Shown here: positions 1-8,378 of the stretch, in pieces
Layout of the letters: every line of letters begins with the position of its first letter
Position numbering within the stretch: position 1 is the stretch's first letter
Assembly: GCA_025340205.1 (NCBI GenBank)
Contig: CP006868.1
Coordinates: forward strand, 1,380,001-1,412,000
Origin: Ignicoccus pacificus DSM 13166
GTDB taxonomy: Archaea; Thermoproteota; Thermoprotei_A; Sulfolobales; Ignicoccaceae
Direction of reading: 5' to 3'
Length of the DNA: 32,000 nucleotides
Program-made: the position numbers and the translations under genes
Notes under the pieces: model-generated
Seen by the model: the letters and a program-made list of their open reading frames with translations, nothing else
Databases searched by the model: none
Told to the model about the DNA's origin: nothing

Positions 1-2
1 GA

Positions 3-467
3 GAGGAGCCCACCAGACTAGTGATAGTATTCCCCAAGGACAAGGCAAAGATCGCCGAGATAGTCGAGCTAGCCATCTTAGTAGGAATCAAGGACGTGAT
101 CCCGACCACTCTCCTCATCGATAGGGTAATACTGGAGAAGAGCGACGCCGATAACAAGGTGGAGCTTCAAGACATGAAGGATACCATAGATGCCAACGTG
201 GACCCGGGCGACTTCGTGGACATAAGCGGAGCCCCCAAGCTACCCGCAGCCCTAGGAGCCGTCGTGGCCAGAGACAAGGAGGCTCACCTGGTCTATGTAC
301 CTCAGGCCGAGGAAAAGGAGGAGGTAATGAAGGCATACGAGGAGCTGGGCAAGATGGATCTAAAGAAGGCCATTGCTGAGTTCAGGGCCTCCGGAAAGAT
401 AGACGAGGAGCTAAGGAAGTTGCTGGAGAAAGTAGTACTCAAGAAGCCCAAGGTAATAATCCTTTAA
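3..467 (+). CDS. hypothetical protein, 5' end cut by window edge
   Basis: The frame is open from nt 3, with no stop upstream of the GTG at 21, and ends at TAA 465-467. Composition is coding-like with a Lys/Glu-rich C-terminus. No family recognised by eye. Sits directly upstream of aroA. Confidence 0.5.
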   Translation, partial: EEPTRLVIVFPKDKAKIAEIVELAILVGIKDVIPTTLLIDRVILEKSDADNKVELQDMKDTIDANVDPGDFVDISGAPKLPAALGAVVARDKEAHLVYVPQAEEKEEVMKAYEELGKMDLKKAIAEFRASGKIDEELRKLLEKVVLKKPKVIIL

Positions 468-516
468 GCTAGGAAAAGAGTTTTTCTTCCTACGTTCCTT
501 CAGACCGGGAAGCTGG

Positions 517-1788
517 ATGAAGATTACAGTTCAGCCCTCCACCGCCAGGGGGTCCTTGGAGGCTCCTCCGAGCAAGAGCTGGGCCCAGAGGATGCTCTTC
601 CTGTCCCTCCTCGCTGATGGGGAAAGCGAGATAGGGAGGCTGCCCAAGTCCGACGACGTCTTGGCGTCACTGGAAGCCGTCAAGGCGTTCGGAGCGGAAG
701 TGACGAGGGAGAAGGATAAGGTAAAGATCAGCGGGGGAGAGGTAAAGGTACCTGAGAACGTAATAGACATGAGAGGATCCGGAACGGGAGCCAGGATAGC
801 GATAGGAATAGGCACCTTGGTTCCGAAGGGCTTCGGGACTTGCATCACCGGGAACGAGAGCCTTAGGAGGAGGCCGATGGGGCCGGTGGTGGAGCTCTTC
901 AATTCCTTGGGAGCGGAGGTGAGAAGTCTAAGGGGAGGGAAGCTTCCCGTCGTCTCCTTCGGAGGTCTCCCGGGAGGGGAGGCTGAGGTAGACGGGAGCG
1001 TCACGAGCCAGCACGTCACCTCCGCCCTGATAGCTGGAACCAAAAGCGAGAAGGGAGTTACTCTAAAGATAAAGAACCTGGTCTCCAGAGCTTACGTAGC
1101 ATTAACTGAGGAGGTCTTGGAGCTGTTCGGGGCTAAGGTAGAGTGTTCTGAGGACTACTCCCATTGCTCCGTGGAGCCTTCTGACCTCTCCCCCATATCC
1201 ATGGACGTCCCCGGAGATTACGCACTAGCTGCCTTTCCTATGGCATTAGCCGTAATAACGAAGGGAAGGGTCGTGATAGAGGGACTTCCCGCCCCGAGGC
1301 AAGGACCCGGGGATCACAGGATAATAGATTACTTGAAGGCCTTTGGAGCTCAGGTTACCTATATCAGCGGGAAGCTGGAGGTCACCATGAGCGGTAGGCC
1401 GAAGGCGGTCAAGCTTAACTTGAGAGACGAGCCGGACTTGGCCCTCCCCATAGCCGCCGTAGCCGCGATAGCTCAAGGAGAGACCGTCCTAAGGGGACTA
1501 TCCCACTTGGCATATAAGGAGTCAAACAGATTGGAGCAGATAGTGAGGGTGCTGGAGTGCTTCGGAGTTAGGGCTAGGGTCGATGCCGGCTCCATAAGGA
1601 TATGGGGAACCGTGGCCTTGAAGCCTTGCGCCATGAAATGCCCAGACGACCACAGAGTGGCGATGATGGCGTCTCTACTTGGAGCTTACGTGGGAGCGAG
1701 GATTGATAACGCCGAGTGCGTAGCGAAGAGCTGGCCCGAGTACTGGGACGTGCTCAAGAGGCTGGGGGTGAGACTCATTGAGTACTAA
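517..1788 (+). CDS. aroA: 3-phosphoshikimate 1-carboxyvinyltransferase (EPSP synthase)
   Basis: 423 aa. N-terminal 'G.L..PPSKS..QR' motif (GSLEAPPSKSWAQRML), 'LRRRPMGPVVELFNSLGAEV', 'KESNRL' and 'DDHRVAMM' are classic AroA signatures. Confidence 0.93.
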   Translation: MKITVQPSTARGSLEAPPSKSWAQRMLFLSLLADGESEIGRLPKSDDVLASLEAVKAFGAEVTREKDKVKISGGEVKVPENVIDMRGSGTGARIAIGIGTLVPKGFGTCITGNESLRRRPMGPVVELFNSLGAEVRSLRGGKLPVVSFGGLPGGEAEVDGSVTSQHVTSALIAGTKSEKGVTLKIKNLVSRAYVALTEEVLELFGAKVECSEDYSHCSVEPSDLSPISMDVPGDYALAAFPMALAVITKGRVVIEGLPAPRQGPGDHRIIDYLKAFGAQVTYISGKLEVTMSGRPKAVKLNLRDEPDLALPIAAVAAIAQGETVLRGLSHLAYKESNRLEQIVRVLECFGVRARVDAGSIRIWGTVALKPCAMKCPDDHRVAMMASLLGAYVGARIDNAECVAKSWPEYWDVLKRLGVRLIEY

Positions 1789-2221
1789 GTGGGAGGTCAA
1801 GGAAGATAAGGACGGGATAAGGATTAGGGGTTCCGTGGACATATTGGTGGATCCCAAGAGGGTCCCTGAGGACGCTTACGATCTGGACTTCGTGGTGCTT
1901 ACCTCTAGGAGTGATGAGAAGGTCCTAGAGAAGGTGTTGGAGGCCAGCGAGGCCACTCTAATAACTCCTTCAGCTGTGAAGAGAACTATCAGGAAGAGGT
2001 ACATCGTTGACACTGTGGAAGGAATAAAGGGATTGAGCGACGACGTGTGGGTAATAGCGAAGGACGGGAAGCTGGCCATCTTCTTGTATACCGAGGAAGG
2101 TCCGGTGGCGATAGCTGATGACTTCCCAGAAGAGATGCTGGAAAAGGCCTCGGATTACGTCTATGGAGAAAAGCTAAGAGAGGTTCTCAAAAAAGGCAAT
2201 ATCGGAGGAAGGGTGTTCTGA
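1778..2221 (+). CDS. hypothetical protein
   Basis: 147-aa ORF with a TTG start that overlaps the aroA stop by 11 nt. Its stop overlaps the next ATG by 1 nt, so it looks operon-like. No recognisable motif. An alternative in-frame GTG lies near 1834. Confidence 0.5.
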   Translation: MSTKWEVKEDKDGIRIRGSVDILVDPKRVPEDAYDLDFVVLTSRSDEKVLEKVLEASEATLITPSAVKRTIRKRYIVDTVEGIKGLSDDVWVIAKDGKLAIFLYTEEGPVAIADDFPEEMLEKASDYVYGEKLREVLKKGNIGGRVF

Positions 2222-2829
2222 TGCTGTCAGAGTTCCTCACCGAGGGATCAACGGCCCTGAGGCACCTCATCGCCGCTACCATATCACTTATTTTCAATCC
2301 ATACATGTTTGCAATTACACTGTTCCCCATTGCGCTCTACAAGGACGGTAACGTCTGGTACGCATTCCTTTCAGTACTGTCCTTAGCCGTCTTCCCCCTC
2401 ATAGCGCACTTCAGGGGAGTTAGGCAAGGGAAGGTGAACTGGAACATAGACGAGAGGTGGAAGAGGCCTCCCTTGCTCTTCCTCTCAGCCTTGGGGGGCT
2501 TCTTCGGCTTCTTGTTGTTGAGGTTCTTGGGATCCTACTACATAGCAATTGCTACCTTGATCTACGCTACCACGGCCTTCGCCGTAGCCATATGCTCTTA
2601 TAAGATCAAGGTGAGCGTCCACACCGCTACCGCCGTCACCACGGCCATAATCGTGGCTTGGTCCATGGGCGCCTTCTGGGGAGGGATAATGGGAGTGATA
2701 GCGGTGATAGTGGCCTGGTCCAGGCTGATTCTGAAGGCCCACAAGCCGGTGGAGGTGGCTGAGGCCTACGCCCTATCCTCCTTAAGCGCCATCCTCGTCT
2801 TGGCGCTCCTGAGAGCCATCCCCTTATAA
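2221..2829 (+). CDS. polytopic membrane protein, PAP2 (acid phosphatase/phospholipid phosphatase)-like
   Basis: About 6 hydrophobic segments. 'WKRPP', 'SVHTA' and 'SRLILKAHKPVE' resemble the PAP2 motifs (K..RP / SGH / SR.....H...D), but imperfectly. Confidence 0.45.
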   Translation: MLSEFLTEGSTALRHLIAATISLIFNPYMFAITLFPIALYKDGNVWYAFLSVLSLAVFPLIAHFRGVRQGKVNWNIDERWKRPPLLFLSALGGFFGFLLLRFLGSYYIAIATLIYATTAFAVAICSYKIKVSVHTATAVTTAIIVAWSMGAFWGGIMGVIAVIVAWSRLILKAHKPVEVAEAYALSSLSAILVLALLRAIPL

Positions 2830-2846
2830 GCTTTTCACACTCTAAC

Positions 2847-2856
2847 ACTTATAAGG
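2847..2856 (+). promoter_or_regulatory. TATA box for tRNA-Leu
   Basis: ACTTATAAGG lies about 30 nt upstream of the tRNA 5' end (2883). The same CTTATAAG octamer also occurs at 2823-2830 over the stop codon of the preceding gene. Confidence 0.5.
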
Positions 2857-2882
2857 GTTACTCTCGTCACCCCACACGAAGG

Positions 2883-2970
2883 GCGGGGGTGCCCGAGCCA
2901 GGTCGAAGGGGGCGGGCTCAAGACCCGCTGGCGTAGGCCGGCGTGGGTTCAAATCCCACCCCCCGCACCA
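2883..2970 (+). tRNA. tRNA-Leu (anticodon CAA), class II, genomically encoded CCA, no intron
   Basis: Acceptor stem GCGGGGG/CCCCCGC. Anticodon stem GCGGG/CCCGC with loop CUCAAGA (U33, CAA, G37). Long variable arm (TGGCGTAGGCCGGC). T arm GTGGG-TTCAAAT-CCCAC. Discriminator A2967 followed by CCA 2968-2970. Confidence 0.93.
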
Positions 2971-3006
2971 ATCCTCTCACGTTGACCCCACTTTTATTCC
3001 CCTTCA

Positions 3007-4143
3007 ATGAGGTCCTCGAACAGATGTACTATGAAGCATCCGTTCTGGTATGGAAAGCTGATACTGGAGGACTTGGGATCCCAGTTCAACTTGGACGAGC
3101 TCTTCGAATCCTTAAGGACTCCCGGAAGGCACATGTGCTTGAGAGTGAACTTGCTCAAGGCTTCACCAGAAGAAGTAATGGAGGAGTTGGAGGAGAAGGG
3201 ATACAAGCCCTACCAGCCGTTTAAGGAAGTTCCGGAGGCGGTTTGCGTAAGGGTTGAGGGACCCTTCGAGATACCTAGGTTAGAGAGGTTCGTGATAGCA
3301 GATAAGTACGCTGCCGAAAGCGTCTATGTAGGGGCCAACCTCTACTCTCCCGGAGTTCTGAAGAGCGAGGCGGAGCCGGGAAGGGAGGTCTCGATCCTAG
3401 CAGAGAGAACTCTGGAGCCAGTGGCCATAGGTATTTCCAAAATAGGGAGAGAAGTTCCTGAGAGGGGGATAGCGGTAGAGGTTACCCTCTCCAAGTACAA
3501 GGCTCCCAAGTTCAGGGAGCTCAAGGCCTTCGAAGAGGGGAAGGTCTATCCCCAGAGCCTCCCAGCTATGGTGGCCGTTAGGGCGTTGGAGCCGGAGGGA
3601 TTGGTAGTAGACCTCAACGCTGCCCCGGGAGGGAAGAGCTTCCACGCCTATGAGCTGCTCAAGGGAAAGGGGAAGGTGATCTCCTTCGAAGTATCGAAGA
3701 AAAGAGCGAACAAGATGAGGAGGGAGATGAGGAGGCTCGGTCATGAGATAGAGCTAATGGTAAAGGACTCGAGGTACGCTGACCTAGACTTCCCCGAGCT
3801 CGTGGAAAAGGCGGACAGGGTAATAGTGGATCCTCCTTGCACGAGCATCGGAGTAATTCCTAAGGTATGGGACGAGAAGAAGGATGAGGACATGCTCAAC
3901 TCCTTCAAGTACCAAATCCAGTTCGTGAAGGTTGCTTACAAGCTGTTGAAGAAAGGCGGATTAATGCTCTACTCCACTTGCACCTTGACTAAAAAAGAGA
4001 ACGAGGAGGTCCTCGACTTTGCACAAGAGCTGGGGTTCGAGATAGTGGAAAGGGATACCCCCTGGGGAAAGGCTCCCGTAAAGGTGGTGCCCTATGTCCA
4101 CCAAGAGCCGGGCTTCTTCATTTCAATATTAAAAAAGCCTTAG
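3007..4143 (+). CDS. RNA (cytosine-C5)-methyltransferase, NOL1/NOP2/Sun (RsmB/Trm4) family with PUA-like middle domain
   Basis: SAM-binding 'VVDLNAAPGGKS', catalytic 'DPPCTSIG' (motif IV Cys) and 'LYSTCTL' (motif VI Cys), plus N-terminal 'RVNLLK'. The start may be the second ATG at 3031, given a TTTTATT box near 2990. Confidence 0.85.
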   Translation: MRSSNRCTMKHPFWYGKLILEDLGSQFNLDELFESLRTPGRHMCLRVNLLKASPEEVMEELEEKGYKPYQPFKEVPEAVCVRVEGPFEIPRLERFVIADKYAAESVYVGANLYSPGVLKSEAEPGREVSILAERTLEPVAIGISKIGREVPERGIAVEVTLSKYKAPKFRELKAFEEGKVYPQSLPAMVAVRALEPEGLVVDLNAAPGGKSFHAYELLKGKGKVISFEVSKKRANKMRREMRRLGHEIELMVKDSRYADLDFPELVEKADRVIVDPPCTSIGVIPKVWDEKKDEDMLNSFKYQIQFVKVAYKLLKKGGLMLYSTCTLTKKENEEVLDFAQELGFEIVERDTPWGKAPVKVVPYVHQEPGFFISILKKP

Positions 4144-5774
4144 GAGTGGATCCTCTCGAGGAACCCTTCCACTCCGGTGTCCTTGGTTAGGTGGCTTACC
4201 ACTATTCCTGCTATGAAGGACGCCGGAACGCTGTAGAGCGCCGGCTGAACCAGAACCGGCACGGGTCCCAGCGCCTTAGCTCCTCCCAGCCTCAGCAAGA
4301 CGAAGAGGACCGCCACTATCAGTCCTACTACCATAGAAGCCACCGCCCCCGCTCTGGTGAACTTCTTCCACCACAGAGTCATTATTAAGGTAGTGGCAAA
4401 GGAGCTAGCTGCGATTCCGAAGGCTAGGACGACTAGGTAGGAGACGTCGAACCCCTTGAGAAGCAGTCCCCCTAGGATCGCTATAGCACCGACTATCGCC
4501 GCCACAATCCTGGCCACGAAGAGCTGCTCCTCCTCGGTAGCCTTGCCCTTCCTTATTATGTTGGCGTAGAGGTCGTAAGCGACGCTGTTGGTAGCCGCCA
4601 CCATCAGTCCTCCCACGGTTGAGAGTATAGCAGCGAAGGCGCCGGCAGCGGCCAGGCCCATTAGGAGCTCCCCTCCTAACAGCTTACCGCTCATAACTAC
4701 TGGCATGTTCTTGGCCCACGGAGTGTATCCTTGCACCAACCATCCAACTATTAGGGAGAACAGCACCGTTCCGGCTGCGAATCCTACGAATATCGAGAAG
4801 AGGTAGAAGCCTCCTATGTTGAATATCGCGCCGACCGTTCCCTTTCTGGCGTCCTCGGGCCTGGGCACGGTGTAGAAGTAAATCAGTATGTGAGGTAGTC
4901 CCATCGTTCCTAGAATTATTCCTAGGGCCAAGCTCAGCTGGTTCCACACGTCTCTGGCGAAGGCTCCCGGCTGGACCAGCCTTATCAGGTTGGGATGCTC
5001 GCTTAAGGTGACCTTGGCCAAGGCCAAGCTCTTTTGTAAGGCCTCATCGAAGGTTATTGTATTAACGTTGGGCATGTACTGCTTTACCATGTCTGGAGTG
5101 ACGTACTTCTTAGCTAAGGCTGGAGGAGGCACTTGGTATGCCTTGTCTAAGATAGCTCCGGGACCTCCGAAGGCCACCAAGTAGGCTAAGAATATTATTA
5201 GCATCGCTATCCAGAGCACCAGCGCTTGGAACACTTGGCTGTAGACGGTGGACCTAATTCCTCCCATCATCACCACTAGCACCACTATGGCTCCGACTAC
5301 GACGACCGCTACCGGGTAGGGCCAGTTGAGGAGGAGGCTCATTAGCGAGCCAGCTCCGATCATTTGGGGTATCATGTAGAATGTCGAAATTATTACAGTT
5401 GCTATCATCGCTAGCGCCCTAAGCTCTTGAGCCCTAGCGAACCTCTCGTTGAGGATGTCCGCAACGGTGAACTTTCCAACCTTCCTCACGAACTCCGCCG
5501 CAACGATTAGGACCAATACCCATCCGGCGAAGTAGCCTATGGGGTCCCAGACTCTGTCGAGACCGTAGTTGCTGATCCCTCCCGCCACTCCTAGGAAGGA
5601 CGCCGCCGAAAGGTAGTTGGAGGTCAACGCCCAAGCGATGAGGATCCACGGAACAGATCTTCCTGCTGCATAGAAGTCTTGTATGCTCTTAACCCTCTTA
5701 TAGCTCCACCAAGCTATTCCCATTGTTATTAATGCAACCACTATAACCATTATCAGCGCTATTACAGAGAACAT
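4140..5774 (-). CDS. sodium:solute symporter family (SSF) transporter, ActP-like cation/monocarboxylate permease
   Basis: 544 aa with about 13 hydrophobic helices. An SSF-type N-terminal region is present ('AAGRSVPWILIAWALTSNYLSAASFLGVAGG'). A DUF485-like small gene lies upstream, as in yjcH-actP pairs. Confidence 0.8.
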   Translation of the reverse strand: MFSVIALIMVIVVALITMGIAWWSYKRVKSIQDFYAAGRSVPWILIAWALTSNYLSAASFLGVAGGISNYGLDRVWDPIGYFAGWVLVLIVAAEFVRKVGKFTVADILNERFARAQELRALAMIATVIISTFYMIPQMIGAGSLMSLLLNWPYPVAVVVVGAIVVLVVMMGGIRSTVYSQVFQALVLWIAMLIIFLAYLVAFGGPGAILDKAYQVPPPALAKKYVTPDMVKQYMPNVNTITFDEALQKSLALAKVTLSEHPNLIRLVQPGAFARDVWNQLSLALGIILGTMGLPHILIYFYTVPRPEDARKGTVGAIFNIGGFYLFSIFVGFAAGTVLFSLIVGWLVQGYTPWAKNMPVVMSGKLLGGELLMGLAAAGAFAAILSTVGGLMVAATNSVAYDLYANIIRKGKATEEEQLFVARIVAAIVGAIAILGGLLLKGFDVSYLVVLAFGIAASSFATTLIMTLWWKKFTRAGAVASMVVGLIVAVLFVLLRLGGAKALGPVPVLVQPALYSVPASFIAGIVVSHLTKDTGVEGFLERIHS

Positions 5775-5785
5775 GAGCTATCACC

Positions 5786-5992
5786 TCACTCCTTGCTCTT
5801 AAGGTAAGTGTATAGAATAACCGTGCCCCAAGTGATAGGGAACATGAGTAAGGCGTAGGCTAGCCCCACGGTAAGTCCTCCTGCTATTGGTGTTCCCGCG
5901 ACCTTCTTGAAAGCGCCGAAGAGTATGGCCATTCCGAAGTACACGATCAAGTATGGCACTATCAACTTCAGGACTACTGACCGGTCATTCAT
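5786..5992 (-). CDS. small two-helix membrane protein, DUF485 (YjcH)-like symporter accessory protein
   Basis: 68 aa with two hydrophobic helices ('GGLTVGLAYALLMFPITWGTVILYTYL'). It lies 11 nt upstream of the SSF gene on the same strand. Confidence 0.55.
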   Translation of the reverse strand: MNDRSVVLKLIVPYLIVYFGMAILFGAFKKVAGTPIAGGLTVGLAYALLMFPITWGTVILYTYLKSKE

Positions 5993-6148
5993 ATATTCTC
6001 CACCTCTTGGTATATGCTCCGCTGCTCGATATATAAAACATTTTTAACTGACTAAACAAGTTCAATTCAGTCTATTCTTCAATGGAGATATTGAATAAGG
6101 CGTAACCTCATAACCACAGATCGCGATATATACACGGAGGTCGTCACC

Positions 6149-6586
6149 TTGGACAAGCTCCTACTCGCGTATGATGGCTCCGAGCCCGCGAAGCACGCCC
6201 TTGAAGTTGCAACTGACTTAGCTAAGAAGATAGGTGCAAAGATTTACATCTTGTACGTGGTAGACGTTAACGCTGCCACCGAGCTCTTCGGAGAGTACTC
6301 CGGGAAGATAGCTGAAGAGCTAATGGAGAAGGCTAAGGAGATTTTAAAAGAAGCTATGGAAAAGGCTAAGGAGAAGGGAGTTGAAGCGGAGGAAGTCGTG
6401 GAAGCCGGAACCCCGGCAGAGAAGATAGTCGACGTAGCGAAGAAGATAGACGCCTACATGATAGTGATGGGTGCCCACGGATACAGCGGCATAAAGAGGC
6501 TCTTGATAGGCAGCGTTTCTGAAAAGGTAATAAGGATGAGCGACAGACCCGTGCTCATAGTCAAGAATCCCAAGCATCACAAGTGA
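6149..6586 (+). CDS. universal stress protein (UspA family)
   Basis: 'LLLAYDGSEPAKHALEVA' and 'MGAHGYSGIKRLLIGSVSEKVIRMSDRPVLIVK' are typical Usp ATP-binding-type motifs. TTG start with GATATATA at 6125-6132 just upstream. Confidence 0.88.
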   Translation: MDKLLLAYDGSEPAKHALEVATDLAKKIGAKIYILYVVDVNAATELFGEYSGKIAEELMEKAKEILKEAMEKAKEKGVEAEEVVEAGTPAEKIVDVAKKIDAYMIVMGAHGYSGIKRLLIGSVSEKVIRMSDRPVLIVKNPKHHK

Positions 6587-6589
6587 TTT

Positions 6590-7624
6590 TTACCACCACA
6601 CCGCCGGGAGCTTATTCAATACCTCATATCCTCCCTTCTTCACCAGTACCATCTGCTCTACCCTAATTCCTCCTACCTTCGGGAAGTATACTCCAGGCTC
6701 TATCGTCACCACGTCCCCTTCCATTAGTACGTGAGAGGAGGATTGAGAGAGATATGGAGGTTCGTGTACCTCTACCCCGACCCCGTGACCTAATCCGTGG
6801 ATGAAGGCTTCTTCTAAGCCGTACTCCTTGAGGACTTCCCTAGCCTTAGCGTCCACGTCTTTTGCCTTCACTCCAGCCTTTATCATCTTGATGGATTCGT
6901 TAACGGCCTCTAGCACCGCCATCATCCAATCCCTAAAAGGGGATTTCTCGGGGGCATAGCTCCTCGTTATATCGCTCCTATAACCGTCTAGGACCGCGCC
7001 GAAGTCGAAGAGGGCAATATGGTCCCTAGAGAACTTGTTCCTTCCAGGGACGTAGTGAGGGTGGGCGCTGCTCTCTCCAAAGGCAACTATCGAGGGGAAG
7101 GCGTACTCTTGGGATCCCCTCTCCCTCATGTGCATCTCCAGAATTCCAGCGGCCTCCCTCTCCTCAACTCCCTCCTCCAGCTCCTCCCAAGAGTCCTTGA
7201 ACGCCTCCTCCGCTATTCTTAGAGATTCCCTCATCCTCTCTATTTCGTAGTCATCCTTGGATCTCCTCATCTCCTCTACCCTTTTCGATATGTCTCCCGC
7301 ACCCAGCTCCACGATTAGCGAATTGGCGAGCGAGAAGTTCAAGTACTTGAGGTCGGCAAAGTAGGGAGGCTTACACTCTTGCTCTATCACCTTCCAGAGG
7401 GCTCTCCTAGGCCCCTCCTTCACCTCTACCCAAGGAGTTCTTTCTCTAGCTCTCTCTAGCTCAAGCTTGGGAACCACGTACTTTACGTCTTCCTCGGTTA
7501 TCAAGATCATTCCGGTGTCTAGGCCGGTCATCCATTTGACGTTCTCCGGAGAAAGCAACGTAACACATCCGGGCATCCTGAGCTGCTTTATCTTTCTCCA
7601 AAACGAGTATTGAAGGTCCACCAA
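6590..7624 (-). CDS. Xaa-Pro aminopeptidase/dipeptidase (peptidase M24B)
   Basis: Metal-ligand motifs are present: 'LFDFGAVLDGYRSDITR', 'HGLGHGVGVEVHEPPYL', 'VVTIEPGVY' and 'GGIRVEQMV'. Confidence 0.88.
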   Translation of the reverse strand: MVDLQYSFWRKIKQLRMPGCVTLLSPENVKWMTGLDTGMILITEEDVKYVVPKLELERARERTPWVEVKEGPRRALWKVIEQECKPPYFADLKYLNFSLANSLIVELGAGDISKRVEEMRRSKDDYEIERMRESLRIAEEAFKDSWEELEEGVEEREAAGILEMHMRERGSQEYAFPSIVAFGESSAHPHYVPGRNKFSRDHIALFDFGAVLDGYRSDITRSYAPEKSPFRDWMMAVLEAVNESIKMIKAGVKAKDVDAKAREVLKEYGLEEAFIHGLGHGVGVEVHEPPYLSQSSSHVLMEGDVVTIEPGVYFPKVGGIRVEQMVLVKKGGYEVLNKLPAVWW

Positions 7625-7666
7625 GACTCGGTACCAAGAGATACGAGGGACCTTTTGAAAAAAACG

Positions 7667-8308
7667 CTACAGCTTCCTCAGCACGTACATTCCTCCCGCC
7701 ACTGCCGCCACTAGGACCAGTATCATCACTATCGTTCCTACGTCGGCAAATCCTATGTACTTTGTAACCGTTATCGTTACCGTTACCACTGTAGCGTTCT
7801 TCCAACCCTTCGGCAGTATCGTCACTTGCGTGAAGCCGTAGGAATCACCCATGTTCGATCCGTCCCCGTTAACGGCGTTAACGGCGATCGAGAATATCAC
7901 CGGCTTGGGCTTGGTAGGAGCCTTCCAAGCGAAGCTCCACTTCCTCTTCAAGGCTCCCTGGGAGGTGTGGGTCAGTATCTCGTGTCCAAAGAGGTCGGTG
8001 GTCAGGAAGGTGTCCTTGGGATCGGTCACTATCAGCTTTCCGCCGCTGACGCTTACTGCGAAGCCTCCACAAGCCACTCCTCCCTTACACGGAGGTCCCT
8101 TGGTTATCTCGATGGTAATGTTGTATACCTTGCCAGGCTCGTAGTACTTCGGGAGCCCTATTACCTTAAACTTAGGAGGGTGTTGAGCCGCTCCTATGTG
8201 ACACTGAGCACAATCTAAGGCCGGGGCTCCGTTGCTCATCGCTAAAGCTAGAGATCCCAAAAGGAGAACGAAGATGAGAATTCTTTTCTCCATCATTATT
8301 TCCTGCAC
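7667..8308 (-). CDS. secreted, C-terminally membrane-anchored protein with a single CxxCH haem-c motif and a beta-sandwich (reeler/DOMON-like) body
   Basis: A signal-peptide-like N-terminus (MEKRILIFVLLLGSLALAMS) is followed by 'CAQCH'. 'YYEPGKVYNITIEI', 'GGFAVSV' and 'WSFAWKAPTKPKPVIFSIAVNAVNGDGS' follow. The C-terminal TM helix ends in RKL. The true start is probably the internal ATG (MEKR...). Confidence 0.6.
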   Translation of the reverse strand: MQEIMMEKRILIFVLLLGSLALAMSNGAPALDCAQCHIGAAQHPPKFKVIGLPKYYEPGKVYNITIEITKGPPCKGGVACGGFAVSVSGGKLIVTDPKDTFLTTDLFGHEILTHTSQGALKRKWSFAWKAPTKPKPVIFSIAVNAVNGDGSNMGDSYGFTQVTILPKGWKNATVVTVTITVTKYIGFADVGTIVMILVLVAAVAGGMYVLRKL

Positions 8309-8378
8309 CTACCGTTCAGTATACCATCGACAAGCGTTTAATATATTGAGAGTTTACGTTGACAAAAAGTTATATTTG

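Noticed and set aside
531-1043. Long antisense ORFs inside well-supported genes, for example 531-1043(-), 9451-10017(+), 15793-16197(-), 16853-17305(-), 21489-21899(+) and 30479-30907(+)
   Set aside because: Each lies wholly inside a gene with clear family motifs on the other strand. Their translations are Pro/Ser/Gly/Arg-rich low-complexity sequences, typical of shadow frames of GAG/AAG/GGA-rich coding DNA. No start or TATA context supports them.
2943-3224. 93-aa plus-strand ORF starting inside the tRNA
   Set aside because: Its first codons are the T arm and acceptor stem of tRNA-Leu. The rest is an alternative frame of the methyltransferase gene, which has the real family motifs.
6061-6106. 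TTCAAT / ATTGAA inverted and direct hexamers in the symporter/usp divergent promoter region as a regulator site
   Set aside because: The arms are only 6 bp and do not extend, which is expected by chance in AT-rich promoter DNA.
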